64,000 nucleotides of DNA from an uncultured Cytophagales bacterium (GCA_964511645.1 CAZEGV010000001.1:11343-75342), one strand, 5' to 3'. Numbered from the stretch's first letter, positions 20,494 through 31,243 are shown. Program-made: numbers and translations. The notes: a model not told the origin generated them from the letters alone.

Positions 20494-21285
20494 CTAATAC
20501 TTTTTCAACCTACGCAACTCTTTTTCTTTCAGGTACCTCCACTTTCCTCTAGGAGTATCTATTTTAGTAAGCCCTGCATATACTACCCTATCGAGTCTAA
20601 TTACATCGTAACCAAAATGCTCAAACATTCTTCTTACAATACGGTTTCTACCGATATGAATCTCTAACCCTACAATATGATCATCTTCAGAGTTTATCGC
20701 AATATCATCTACCTTAACATGACCATCTTCCAAGTCAAACCCTGCCGCTAGAGCGTCAAAATGCTCTGGCTTTAATGGTTTATCAAGTACTGCTTCGTAT
20801 ATTTTTCTAATTTGATGAGAGGGGTGAGAAAGTTTTTTTGCCAAATCACCATCATTAGTTAATAGTAATAAACCTGTAGTCATCCTATCTAACCTACCCA
20901 CAGGGTAAATACGCTCATTACAAGCCTGTTTCACCAAACTCATTACAGTTCTGCGTTCCTGAGGATCATTTGTAGTGGTAATAAAATCTTTAGGCTTATT
21001 CAACAGTACATAAACAAATTTCTCTAATGATAATGTTTTCTTTTGATAGACAACAACATCTCCTTCCTCTACCTTATGCCCCATCGCTGACACTACCTTT
21101 CCATTTACCTTTATCTCACAATTCTCAATGAGTTTATCGGCTTCTCTTCTAGAGCATACACCTGCGTTAGCAACATAGCGATTCAATCTCATCGGAAAAG
21201 TAGTTAATTTCTCTTCTGCACCCTCATAGCTAGGTGGTTTTTGCTCATTCTGAAATTTTGAATATTTTTTTACTGGCTTTTTCAT
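20494..21285 (-). CDS. rluB: rRNA pseudouridine synthase (RsuA/RluB family) with S4 domain
   Basis: GVCSRREAD S4 motif, LNKP, PVGRLD catalytic Asp; adjacent to scpB. Confidence 0.8.
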   Translation of the reverse strand: MKKPVKKYSKFQNEQKPPSYEGAEEKLTTFPMRLNRYVANAGVCSRREADKLIENCEIKVNGKVVSAMGHKVEEGDVVVYQKKTLSLEKFVYVLLNKPKDFITTTNDPQERRTVMSLVKQACNERIYPVGRLDRMTTGLLLLTNDGDLAKKLSHPSHQIRKIYEAVLDKPLKPEHFDALAAGFDLEDGHVKVDDIAINSEDDHIVGLEIHIGRNRIVRRMFEHFGYDVIRLDRVVYAGLTKIDTPRGKWRYLKEKELRRLKKY

Positions 21286-21860
21286 TCTCTTTCCTCTCCT
21301 ATTACGTTTTCCTCATCTACCCTAAAATCTTTCAATACAGGTAGTTCTTCTATATTACGAATACCAAAATACTCCATAAACTTCTCACCCGTACCATACA
21401 AAACTGGCTTACCTACAGTATCGGCTTTACCTCTAATGTTCACCAACTCTTTTTCGAGTAGCTTATTTACCGTATAATCCGACCCAACCCCTCTTATTTG
21501 CTCTATTTCTGATTTAGTAATCGGTTGCTTGTAAGCTATAATTGCCAATGTTTCTAAAGCAGAAGTTGACATTCTTTTTTTCGACTGGTTTTTCAACAGA
21601 ATCGCAATACTTGCCTGATAAGCTGGTTTTGTAAGAAACTGAAAGCCATTTGAAATTTCAACTAATTCAAATGAAATATTTTCTTGTTGATAACGCTCTT
21701 GTAAATCGCTTAAACTCTTTTCTATTTCTTCTAATGAAATTTTAGACTCAAACATCTCCGCCAAGCACTCTTGAATTTCTTTTACACTCAAAGGGTTGCT
21801 TGAACAAAAAACAAGGCTCTCAATATGTCTTATTAAAACTTTATCTATATTTAAGTCCAT
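21282..21860 (-). CDS. scpB: SMC-Scp complex subunit
   Basis: IESLVF, ALETLAIIAYKQPITKSEIEQIRGV, LYGT...F. Confidence 0.95.
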   Translation of the reverse strand: MDLNIDKVLIRHIESLVFCSSNPLSVKEIQECLAEMFESKISLEEIEKSLSDLQERYQQENISFELVEISNGFQFLTKPAYQASIAILLKNQSKKRMSTSALETLAIIAYKQPITKSEIEQIRGVGSDYTVNKLLEKELVNIRGKADTVGKPVLYGTGEKFMEYFGIRNIEELPVLKDFRVDEENVIGEERE

Positions 21861-21929
21861 AGATTATATACTATAATACAATGTATCGTTACAAAAGTAC
21901 TTATTCCGCAGTAGATATTCTCTATTCAT

Positions 21930-23228
21930 TTATGATTTTTTAGAAATACCTTTTTTAATTTGACTAATCAATCCTTCATAAAAATCCTCCCAACCTGTCC
22001 ATTTATCTTCCCCACCTATAGACTCATTATGAAAAAGTAAGGTACAATCAGTATTACTCATGTTTTCTTTAAGATAAACCAAAGCTTCTCCCGATGAAAA
22101 CTTAAGGTATTTCTGCAATGTCGTGTCCATCACATAAAATGGATGGATTTGTAAATTTTCTTTTTTATTCTTTTCTAAATTAAAAAAATAAAATGGCTTA
22201 GCTGTACCTGCTCTATATCCCACTTGAGAATGATAACCCATCGTATAATCATCTCTAATCCCTACCTCTATCAAGTTTTGATACGTTTTCGGAAATTCAA
22301 GCATTAAGTAATGTTGCCTACTTTTTGTAACCATTTCTCCCAAAACATTTTCCAAAGATTTTTTTTCTTTTTTTAGAATAGATACATCTAAATTAGAAGC
22401 GTATGAAGGATGTAAAGCAATATCACCTTCTTTTTTTAACCTATTTAATAAATCAATACTTCGTTTAAGTTTTATATTTAAGTTCTTATCAACCCCACCA
22501 TTACTCCCTACTAGATAAAAATAAATTGGCTTTAAGCCATACTTTTTATGAATGGCATCCATCTTATCGTAAGAATCATATTTATCTTTCTTAAACCCTA
22601 TCAGAACTAACAAATGAGTGACAAAAGTTTTAAATTTTAAATTAAGTATTTTTTTTACTAGCGAACCAAGCGTTCTCAAAAACCCTTTATAACAATAAGC
22701 ATAAGCATTATCTATGTCTATTGTAAGAAGAAGATTAGATTTACTTTCTATATGTTTGACTTGTAATTTTGACGCAATCAAATGAGCGTATTGATCCACG
22801 ACTGGTTTTCTCAAAAAATCATTCTTGTATGATATGGACGCTTCCGCTAAAAACCTTCTGTGCTTATCTCTCTGACTAGGCAAATACTCTTCGTAACGAG
22901 ACAACAAATAAAACGCCGAAGCAAACAAATCAAAAGACAAAGCCCCATTACTAACGGGGAATAACCCTTTAACACCTTTATCTATAACTACTTGTGGAGT
23001 ATCCTGCTCTATTGTCGCTTCCCAAAGTAATGGGACTGCATCAAAAAACAATTCATTCTGAACAGTAACCCCATAACTAAACTTTGATCCTGAGTGATTT
23101 AAAAAAAATGATACATCAATAGTGAACTCATACTCCAGCCCCATCCTACGAATTAACAGTTCGTCAAAAACATATTTTAAACGAGGACTTTTTTTATTTA
23201 CTAAAATTAAAACAGCTATATCACCCAT
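21930..23228 (-). CDS. Polysaccharide-deacetylase-like (CE4/NodB fold) protein
   Basis: TIDIDNAY, ALHPSY, SRQHYL, DYTMGY, LLFHNE; start position approximate. Confidence 0.75.
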   Translation of the reverse strand: MGDIAVLILVNKKSPRLKYVFDELLIRRMGLEYEFTIDVSFFLNHSGSKFSYGVTVQNELFFDAVPLLWEATIEQDTPQVVIDKGVKGLFPVSNGALSFDLFASAFYLLSRYEEYLPSQRDKHRRFLAEASISYKNDFLRKPVVDQYAHLIASKLQVKHIESKSNLLLTIDIDNAYAYCYKGFLRTLGSLVKKILNLKFKTFVTHLLVLIGFKKDKYDSYDKMDAIHKKYGLKPIYFYLVGSNGGVDKNLNIKLKRSIDLLNRLKKEGDIALHPSYASNLDVSILKKEKKSLENVLGEMVTKSRQHYLMLEFPKTYQNLIEVGIRDDYTMGYHSQVGYRAGTAKPFYFFNLEKNKKENLQIHPFYVMDTTLQKYLKFSSGEALVYLKENMSNTDCTLLFHNESIGGEDKWTGWEDFYEGLISQIKKGISKKS

Positions 23229-23257
23229 ACACACTATAAAACTACATCTTTTTTCAT

Positions 23258-23265
23258 TATATTTG
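23258..23265 (+). promoter_or_regulatory. Bacteroidota -7 promoter element
   Basis: TATATTTG 3 nt before the ATG at 23269. Confidence 0.45.
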
Positions 23266-23268
23266 TGC

Positions 23269-24897
23269 ATGCTTAATTTCCTTTCACCAAAATCATTTCT
23301 TTTTTTAGCGGTCAGCCTCTTAATTACTGTGCCTACACGGGCTCAAAACATCTATACTACACTGAATCAACAAGAGAATTTATTGCTTGACAAAGCTGAA
23401 ATAAAACAAGGAATAATAAGTCATACGAGTTTAAAACCATTTTCCGTAAAAGAACTTATGGATTCCACTAGTGTCAATGATTCTAGTGAGCTAGTACAAC
23501 GATATAAGCTGTTCTATAACAAAGAAAAGACAAGACACCAACGTTTTCTTTATGCTAATAATCAAGACTTTTATTCAGTCAGCACAAAAGACTTCAAATT
23601 AAGAATAAACCCAATTATTTATTTTTCTGGAGGGAAGAATCTAATTGATAAAGAAACAATATTCACAAATACTAGAGGTATACGCTTATCTGGTACAATT
23701 GATAATAAAGTTTCTTTTCACACCGCATTTACTGATAATCAAGCCCGATTACCACGCTATGTAGACAAACAAATTGCTTTGCACCAAGCTATTCCTTACC
23801 AAAATCTTTGGAAAAAATTTAAGCTAACTGGCTATGATTATTTTAATGCTCAGGGCTATATCAACTTTCATGTTATTAAACATATTGATTTAACTTTGGG
23901 TTACGGCACATTATTCCTTGGAGATGGTAATCGTTCGCTACTACTTTCTGGTTATGCTGGCAACATGCCATATATGCGTATCAATACCAAAATATGGAAA
24001 ATCAATTACTCTAACATCTACGCTAAAATGACGGCAAGTTTCCCTACTTCTGGCGGAGTTCCAATAGATGGCTTATACCCTACTAAATATTTAACCGCAC
24101 ATTATTTATCTATCGACATCCTTAAAAACCTTAACATCGGTCTATACGAAGCAGTTGTATTGAGTCGCACAGACTCAACAGGTATAGATTATGGTTATGA
24201 CTTGGCTTACCTCAACCCTATTATTTTTTATCGCTCAGTAGAGCAAAACCTAGGAAGCCCCGACAATGCTATACTAGGGTTAAACATGAAATGGAATGTA
24301 GCTAAAACACTTTCTTTTTATGGTCAATTTGTACTAGATGAGTTTAAACTAGATGAAATAAAATCCTTTAAAGGCTGGTGGGCAAATAAATACGGTGGGC
24401 AACTTGGTGCAAAATACATTGATGCTTTTGGCGTAAAAAACTTACATCTTCAATCAGAAATAAATATTGTACGACCTTATACCTACTCTCACGGTAGGTC
24501 TGTAAGTAGTTATACTCATTTTCAAAAACCTTTAGCCCACCCTCTAGGGGCAAATTTCGCAGAAGCAATTGGCATTATCAAGTATGCACCTACCCATAAG
24601 TTGTTTTTTACTACCAAGGCTACTTTTATCAAGACAGGTAGAGATGGTAAAAACCAAAACTGGGGCAGTAACCCATTCCTCAATAACCAAAGTAAACAAC
24701 AAGTATATGGCAATAGAATAGGACAAGGCATTGCTACCAAAATTGCTTTAATTAAATTTTCTGCCTCTTATCAGGTTTTTCCTAATATCTTTTTGGATTT
24801 AGATATCCTAAAAAGAAAAGAAACAAGTCAAGCAAGTACATCATACATTGGTTTTGGTATTCGTGCCAATACAAGCCGAGTGCAACACAACTTCTAG
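23269..24897 (+). CDS. Outer-membrane beta-barrel protein (Wzi/RemB-like)
   Basis: Signal peptide, amphipathic beta pattern, YLNPIIFYR..E...G..DN, HPLGANF; start moved to the ATG at 23269. Confidence 0.7.
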   Translation: MLNFLSPKSFLFLAVSLLITVPTRAQNIYTTLNQQENLLLDKAEIKQGIISHTSLKPFSVKELMDSTSVNDSSELVQRYKLFYNKEKTRHQRFLYANNQDFYSVSTKDFKLRINPIIYFSGGKNLIDKETIFTNTRGIRLSGTIDNKVSFHTAFTDNQARLPRYVDKQIALHQAIPYQNLWKKFKLTGYDYFNAQGYINFHVIKHIDLTLGYGTLFLGDGNRSLLLSGYAGNMPYMRINTKIWKINYSNIYAKMTASFPTSGGVPIDGLYPTKYLTAHYLSIDILKNLNIGLYEAVVLSRTDSTGIDYGYDLAYLNPIIFYRSVEQNLGSPDNAILGLNMKWNVAKTLSFYGQFVLDEFKLDEIKSFKGWWANKYGGQLGAKYIDAFGVKNLHLQSEINIVRPYTYSHGRSVSSYTHFQKPLAHPLGANFAEAIGIIKYAPTHKLFFTTKATFIKTGRDGKNQNWGSNPFLNNQSKQQVYGNRIGQGIATKIALIKFSASYQVFPNIFLDLDILKRKETSQASTSYIGFGIRANTSRVQHNF

Positions 24898-24900
24898 TTA

Positions 24901-26718
24901 ATGAAAACATATTTACGAATATTATCCTATGCTAGACCTATTAAGGTGATTTTACCTGCGTACATTACGCTTGTCATCTTAGAGACTTTATTCAATGTAG
25001 CCTCTATTGCTTCCATTGCACCATTGCTTGAGATGTTATTTAAAGAAAATATAGCACCTACAACAGCTGTATCTTTCCCCGACTTTGAACTTTCTATGGG
25101 TTTCCTTAGTCAATTGGGAGAATATGTAAAATATTATATCTCACAATCTGGAACAAAACAAGATATCCTAACTAAACTTTGTGTTCTTATTGTAATAATG
25201 GTCGTGTTACAAAATTTATTTAGTTACCTAGGTAATTTGATTCTTGCCTTTGTAAAGTCCCGTGTAATTATTCGCATCCGTAAGGAATTGTATGATAAAC
25301 TTACAGCATTACATTTAGGTTATTATTCTGACCAAAGAAGAGGAGATATAATATCAAAACTAACGACTGATGCACTAGAAGTAGAAGGTGTCTGTACCAA
25401 TACTTTTAATACTGTCATCAAAAGTCCTATCAAGATAGTTATTTTCTATACTGCACTTTTCATGATTAATACCCCTCTTACACTATTTACTCTACTAGTA
25501 TTACCCATTACAGGAATAGTTGTAGGCTTAATTACCCGTAAGTTGCGTGCAAGCACAAAATTAGGGCAACAATATTTAGGAGAGATATTATCTATTGGCG
25601 ATGAAACAGTTGGCGGACTTAAAGTAATAAAAGCATTTAATGCTGTTAAATTTATTAGGCTAACTTTTGGGAAAATCAATCAAAAATATGGAAGAATTGT
25701 ATTTAAAATAGACTCTCAACGAGAGCTTTCCTCTCCAGTATCTATGATATTGAGTTTTATAACACTTGCTATTATTTTGTATAAAGGAGGCATGATGGTG
25801 CTTCACAAAGAGTCTGCACTATCAGCGGATATGTTTATTGCTTACCTGATTTTGTATGGGCAACTGGTTGACCCGATTAAATCCCTATCAAGAGTAGTTA
25901 CTTATATACAACGAGGACTAAGCTCTGGACAAAGAATTTTTGATGTACTAGATACTCAAACAATTATTAAAAATAAATCCGATGCAATTACTCTACACGA
26001 TTTTGAAGATAAAATAGAATTAAAAAATATTATATTTGCATACGAAGATAGGAACATACTTAATGATATTAGTTTTTCTGTAAACAAAGGAGAGACAGTC
26101 GCCTTGGTTGGACCATCTGGAGGGGGAAAATCTACTTTAATAGACTTGATACCTCGATTTCATGAAGCTCAAAGCGGAGAAATCAATTTAGACGGGAAGA
26201 ATATTCAAGATTACACAATGGAATCTTTGCGTCATAAAATGGGAATTGTCACTCAAGAGGCTGTTTTGTTTAACGATACCGTCCATAACAATATCGCTTT
26301 TGGGATTAACGCCAGCAGAGGAGAGGTGGTAGAAGCCGCAAAAGTAGCCAATGCTCATGAGTTTATCGTAAAACTAGAGGCTGGTTATGACACAAACATA
26401 GGTGATAGAGGAATGAAGTTATCTGGTGGGCAAAAACAACGATTAACTATCGCTAGAGCAATATTAAGAAACCCTCCCATCCTATTATTGGATGAGGCGA
26501 CTTCTGCCCTAGACTCAGAATCTGAAAAACTAGTACAACACGCATTAGAAAACCTAATGAAAAATCGTACCAGTATTATCATAGCTCACCGACTCAGTAC
26601 TATCCAAAATGCCGATAAAATCATCGTCATAAAAGAGGGGAAAATAGAAGAGGAAGGCACACATCAAGAATTATTATCAAATAAAGGAATTTACAGTAAA
26701 CTACACGAAATCCAATAA
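24901..26718 (+). CDS. MsbA-like ABC transporter (fused permease/ATPase)
   Basis: Six-TM domain, GPSGGGKS, LSGGQKQR, LLLDEATSALD. Confidence 0.92.
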   Translation: MKTYLRILSYARPIKVILPAYITLVILETLFNVASIASIAPLLEMLFKENIAPTTAVSFPDFELSMGFLSQLGEYVKYYISQSGTKQDILTKLCVLIVIMVVLQNLFSYLGNLILAFVKSRVIIRIRKELYDKLTALHLGYYSDQRRGDIISKLTTDALEVEGVCTNTFNTVIKSPIKIVIFYTALFMINTPLTLFTLLVLPITGIVVGLITRKLRASTKLGQQYLGEILSIGDETVGGLKVIKAFNAVKFIRLTFGKINQKYGRIVFKIDSQRELSSPVSMILSFITLAIILYKGGMMVLHKESALSADMFIAYLILYGQLVDPIKSLSRVVTYIQRGLSSGQRIFDVLDTQTIIKNKSDAITLHDFEDKIELKNIIFAYEDRNILNDISFSVNKGETVALVGPSGGGKSTLIDLIPRFHEAQSGEINLDGKNIQDYTMESLRHKMGIVTQEAVLFNDTVHNNIAFGINASRGEVVEAAKVANAHEFIVKLEAGYDTNIGDRGMKLSGGQKQRLTIARAILRNPPILLLDEATSALDSESEKLVQHALENLMKNRTSIIIAHRLSTIQNADKIIVIKEGKIEEEGTHQELLSNKGIYSKLHEIQ

Positions 26719-27497
26719 TGGAATTAATCTACACAGACAAAGGAAAAGGAAAGGTAATCGTATTGTTACATGGTTTTTGCGAAAACAGAACACTTTGGAA
26801 CAATCATCAAGAAGCACTTAGTAAGTATTACAGAGTCATTACAATAGACCTACCTGGCTTTGGCGACAGCCCCTCTTTTACGGGTGATATGAATATCGAA
26901 GCAATGACTAGCGAAGTGCATAATGTACTTAAAAGTATTGATGTAGAGCAATCAGTTATGGTTGGGCACTCACTAGGTGGCTATATTGCTTTAGCCTACT
27001 CCGAAATGTACCCTAAACACACATTAGGTTTGTGTATGTTTCACTCTACTGCCTTTGCTGACAATGAAGAAAGAAAAAAAAATAGAGATAAATCTATAGA
27101 GTTTATACAAGAAAACGGAGTAGCTGTGTTTGCACAAAACTTTGTAGCACCCCTATTCAACCCTCTTACACGAGAAGATTATACCAAAGAAATAAAAAGC
27201 TTAATCAAAATAGCTAGTAGCACCAATGAACGTATTGCAATAGCAGTAATCAAAGCAATGCGTAACCGTAGGATGCGTATTACTTTACTACGTAAATTAA
27301 CAATTCCAGTTATGTATATTGTGGGGAAAAACGATACTGTCATTTCTACGGAAGCAATTTTTCAGCAATGCCACTTGCCACAAGACTCACAAGTACATAT
27401 CTATGAGCATACAGGACATATGGCAATGATTGAACGAAAAAAAGAAACAATTTTCGCTATCAAACAATTTACTGAAAAGTGTGTTGAGAATATTTAA
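26718..27497 (+). CDS. Alpha/beta hydrolase
   Basis: LLHGF, DLPGFG, GHSLGG nucleophile elbow, GHM. Confidence 0.9.
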   Translation: MELIYTDKGKGKVIVLLHGFCENRTLWNNHQEALSKYYRVITIDLPGFGDSPSFTGDMNIEAMTSEVHNVLKSIDVEQSVMVGHSLGGYIALAYSEMYPKHTLGLCMFHSTAFADNEERKKNRDKSIEFIQENGVAVFAQNFVAPLFNPLTREDYTKEIKSLIKIASSTNERIAIAVIKAMRNRRMRITLLRKLTIPVMYIVGKNDTVISTEAIFQQCHLPQDSQVHIYEHTGHMAMIERKKETIFAIKQFTEKCVENI

Positions 27498-27517
27498 TCA
27501 AGTTTAATTCCTTTCGT

Positions 27518-27554
27518 AAAACATCCTCTTAACGCCAGTTAAAAGGATGTTTTT
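27518..27554 (+). terminator. Intrinsic terminator
   Basis: AACATCCTCTTAAC-gcca-GTTAAAAGGATGTT followed by T tract. Confidence 0.75.
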
Positions 27555-27608
27555 GAATTTGGAGAAAATAAACATACCTTAGTAATCTACAACTAAACAC
27601 CAAATAAG

Positions 27609-29846
27609 ATGAAACAATTATTGATCTCGCTATTTGTATTAACAACATTAGTTAGTAATGCTCAAAATATAAACATACCTGACCCTAATTTTAAGGCGTA
27701 TTTGGTGGGTAATTCACTTATCAACACCGATAACGATACAGAAATACAAGTAAACGAAGCATCTTCCTTTACTGGGACAATTAATTGCTCTGGAAAAAAC
27801 ATTATAGACTTAACAGGAATCGAACAATTTATTAATTTAACAGAATTATTTTGTTATAACAATCAACTTACTGTATTAAATACTAGTTTTAATACATCAC
27901 TCACAGGTTTATATTGTAGAGATAATCAAATAATTAATCTAAACCTTACAAACAATCTTTCTCTAAAAACTTTACGTTGCGAGAAAAATAAATTAACCAG
28001 TTTAAATATATCAGGACTTAGTATGCTAACTGATTTAGACTGTTTTGAGAATCAACTCACTAGCTTAGATCTCTCTACAAGTATTGCCTTAGATGATTTG
28101 GACTGTAGGAATAATAAAATCACAAACTTAGCCCTCACCAACAACACAGCTTTACGCCTGTTAGATTGTAGAAATAACCAACTCACATACCTAAACACCT
28201 CTACAAACACTTTATTAACACAATTATGGTGTGGAAATAATCAGCTATCCAGTTTAAATACTTCTACAAATACTAATTTAGAGGAATTATGGTGTAATGC
28301 TAACCTGATTACAGGTTTAGATGTTACAAGTAATATTTTACTAACTCAATTATATTTTTTCAATAATCAAGTTTCAAATATTGATATCACTAATAATACG
28401 GCACTAAAAATATTACTTTGTGAAAATAATTTACTGACAAGTTTAGATGTTTCTACCAATACATCATTAACCCAATTAAGGTGTCATCATAACCAAATCA
28501 CAGCATTGGATGTTTCTACTAATACTAGTTTAATAGAGTTAACCTGTAACAACAACCAACTGACTAAGTTGGATATGAAAAATGGGAATAACTCAAGTAT
28601 GACAGCGTTATGGAACTTTAATGCTAAAATCAACCCCAACCTTACTTGCATCAATGTAGACGATGCTACATGGAGTAACGCAAACTTAAGCCATGGTATT
28701 GATGCAACAGCAAGTTTTAGCTCTAGTTGTTATACACAAACCGTATATATACCTGATACTAACTTTAAGGCATATCTACTAGGGCATAACGGTATAAACA
28801 TCAATCATGATAGTGAAATCCAAGTAAGTGAAGCAACTTCTTTTACAGGTATATTTTATTGTGATTACAAAACAATTTCAGACCTAACAGGTATTGAAGC
28901 ATTTACGTTATTAACGAAACTGCATTGTAAAGCTAATCAAATAAACAGTTTAGACTTATCTAAAAATACAGCTTTAACATACCTTGATTGTCAATTTAAT
29001 CAATTATCGAGTTTAGACCTATCTAACAACACAAACTTAACAGGTGAATTAAATTGTCAAAACAACCAGATCACTAGCTTGAACATAGCCAACAATACAG
29101 CTTTAACACGAATCAAGTGTGGTGGTAATAAATTAACAAATTTAGATGTTTCTATGAATATTAATTTGATCTCTTTAGATTGTTCTAATAATCAAATAAC
29201 CGAGTTAGATTTGTCTGATAACATTGAATTAAAAAGTTTAAACTGTCAAAGAAATATTTTAACAAGTTTAGATTTATCTTTTAATACTAATTTCACTTTT
29301 TTAAAGTGTTTTGAAAATCAATTAACAAGCTTAAACTTATCAAGTAATATAGGGTTAAGAAACTTATATTGCAATAAGAATAACTTAACAAGTTTAATTT
29401 TAGCTTCGAACCCAAATTTAGTAATTTTAGATTGTAGTGAAAACCAATTGATAAATTTAAACATCAAAAATGGAGGAAATTCCAATATGTCAGTTTATTG
29501 GACATTTAATGCTATAGACAACCCAAACCTCACTTGTATAAAAGTTGATGATGCTAACTATAGTACTACAACTTGGACAAAAATTGATGCTACAGCTAGT
29601 TTTAGCGAAAACTGCATAACAAGTATAAACAAAGAATTCACCAAACCGATTTTAAACTTATACCCCAACCCTGTTTCTGAGACCTTATACTTTGACAAAA
29701 CTTTATCAAACATCTTTATTTACTCAGCACAAGGTAAACTAATGGGAGAATATACTCAACTAGAGTCTTTGGATGTTTCTACCTACCCTACTGGAATGTA
29801 CCTTATCAAATCTGACAACGTGAACAGTCAGTTTGTGGTAAAGTAA
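27609..29846 (+). CDS. Secreted leucine-rich-repeat protein with T9SS type-A C-terminal domain
   Basis: Signal peptide; two capped LRR modules (about 12 and 9 copies of a 21-aa LxxLxCxxNxLTxLDxSxNxx repeat); LYPNP...GMYLIK CTD. Confidence 0.9.
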   Translation: MKQLLISLFVLTTLVSNAQNINIPDPNFKAYLVGNSLINTDNDTEIQVNEASSFTGTINCSGKNIIDLTGIEQFINLTELFCYNNQLTVLNTSFNTSLTGLYCRDNQIINLNLTNNLSLKTLRCEKNKLTSLNISGLSMLTDLDCFENQLTSLDLSTSIALDDLDCRNNKITNLALTNNTALRLLDCRNNQLTYLNTSTNTLLTQLWCGNNQLSSLNTSTNTNLEELWCNANLITGLDVTSNILLTQLYFFNNQVSNIDITNNTALKILLCENNLLTSLDVSTNTSLTQLRCHHNQITALDVSTNTSLIELTCNNNQLTKLDMKNGNNSSMTALWNFNAKINPNLTCINVDDATWSNANLSHGIDATASFSSSCYTQTVYIPDTNFKAYLLGHNGININHDSEIQVSEATSFTGIFYCDYKTISDLTGIEAFTLLTKLHCKANQINSLDLSKNTALTYLDCQFNQLSSLDLSNNTNLTGELNCQNNQITSLNIANNTALTRIKCGGNKLTNLDVSMNINLISLDCSNNQITELDLSDNIELKSLNCQRNILTSLDLSFNTNFTFLKCFENQLTSLNLSSNIGLRNLYCNKNNLTSLILASNPNLVILDCSENQLINLNIKNGGNSNMSVYWTFNAIDNPNLTCIKVDDANYSTTTWTKIDATASFSENCITSINKEFTKPILNLYPNPVSETLYFDKTLSNIFIYSAQGKLMGEYTQLESLDVSTYPTGMYLIKSDNVNSQFVVK

Positions 29847-29861
29847 CTATTATTACTACAC

Positions 29862-29892
29862 AAGCCTACAATCTAGTTGTAGGCTTTTTTTA
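29862..29892 (+). terminator. Intrinsic terminator
   Basis: AAGCCTACAA-tctag-TTGTAGGCTT plus T tract. Confidence 0.85.
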
Positions 29893-29990
29893 TATCCTTT
29901 CTTTTTTCACCTTCTAGTAATGACTAATACCATTTTAACGCTATTAGCTATTCTCTTTTTCTTAAAATTTAGTATCTTGTCACAAAGTGA

Positions 29991-30117
29991 TGGCTTAGGG
30001 GATAGAGCGGTTTGTCTGAAATCCTTTTCGATTTTTCATCGGAAAGATTGAGTAGCGAAAGCCCGACCCGAAAGTGTAATGAAGCGATAGCGAAATAAAA
30101 CAAAAGGGAAGCCCCAA
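29991..30117 (+). repeat. Structured intergenic repeat copy E4 (Flavo-1-like)
   Basis: TGGCTTAGGGGATAGAGCGG...GAGTAGCGAAAGCCCGACC...GGGAAGCCCCAA. Confidence 0.8.
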
Positions 30118-30142
30118 TTATTTTGATACAAAAAGATTATCA

Positions 30143-31243
30143 ATGACAAAAATAAAAAACATTATACAGACACTTACGGAGTGGGCACCTCCTGCCTATC
30201 AGGCTAGTTATGACAATGCTCAATTACTGACAGGGGACAAGGATACAGATGTAAGTTCGGTATTGGTAACGCTAGATTGTACTGAGGAGATTGTGGATGA
30301 GGCGATACAAAAAAATGCTAATTTAATTGTTGCTCACCACCCTATTATATTTGGTGGACTGAAAAGCCTTACGGGAAAAACCTATATTGAACGCACTATA
30401 ATTAAGGCGATTAAAAATGATATTGCAATTTATGCGATTCACACTAACCTTGATAGCGTGAGTACTGGTGTAAATAAAATGATTTGCGATAAACTGGGAT
30501 TAAATCAAGTCAAAATACTTGATCTACAAGCCAATACGCTAAAAAAATTAACAACTTATTGCCCTGAATCTCATACAAAAACATTGATAAAATCATTAAA
30601 CAATGCAGGTGCTGGAAATATTGGAAATTATGAAAATTGTGCGTTTCAGAGTAGCGGAACAGGGCAGTTTAAACCTAATAAAAATGCTCAGCCTTTTGTA
30701 GGAAAAATAAATAAACTTGAGTATGTGACCGAGAATAAAATCGAAGTCCTCTACCCTAGTCATTTGGAAGGTTCTATTCTGAAAGTATTGAAGAAAAATC
30801 ACCCTTATGAGGAAGTGGCTTATTACGCTACTCCGCTAAGTAACCTGAATCAAGAGGTGGGTTCTGGTATGGTGGGTGAGTTGGATGAAGTGATGAATGA
30901 GTCTAATTTTTTGAAAATGCTCAAAAAAGAATTTAACTTAGAAGTCATTCAACACACTCAATTATTAGGGAAACAAATCAAAAGAGTGGCAGTTTGTGGT
31001 GGTGCTGGTTCCTTTTTGCTTCAAAAAGCAATTGGTACTGGTGCAGATATTTTTATTACGGCAGATTTTAAGTATCATGAGTTTTTTGATGCCGAAAAAA
31101 AGTTAATTATAGCTGATATTGGACATTATGAAAGTGAAGTTTTTACAAAAGACTTAATTTGCAAGTATATAAGTAAAAAATTCACTAATATTGCAGTTGA
31201 TTTATCAGAAATTAGTACTAACCCTATATATTACTACACTTAG
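30143..31243 (+). CDS. Nif3-like dinuclear metal-centre protein (YbgI family) with PII-like insert
   Basis: AHHPIIF, AIHTNLD, HPYEE, DFKYH, DIGHYESE. Confidence 0.92.
   Translation: MTKIKNIIQTLTEWAPPAYQASYDNAQLLTGDKDTDVSSVLVTLDCTEEIVDEAIQKNANLIVAHHPIIFGGLKSLTGKTYIERTIIKAIKNDIAIYAIHTNLDSVSTGVNKMICDKLGLNQVKILDLQANTLKKLTTYCPESHTKTLIKSLNNAGAGNIGNYENCAFQSSGTGQFKPNKNAQPFVGKINKLEYVTENKIEVLYPSHLEGSILKVLKKNHPYEEVAYYATPLSNLNQEVGSGMVGELDEVMNESNFLKMLKKEFNLEVIQHTQLLGKQIKRVAVCGGAGSFLLQKAIGTGADIFITADFKYHEFFDAEKKLIIADIGHYESEVFTKDLICKYISKKFTNIAVDLSEISTNPIYYYT

Noticed and set aside
27609-29846. CRISPR array or non-coding tandem repeats
   Set aside because: The periodicity is 63-nt coding LRR units with divergent DNA sequence. 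There is no repeat-spacer structure and no cas genes in the window.
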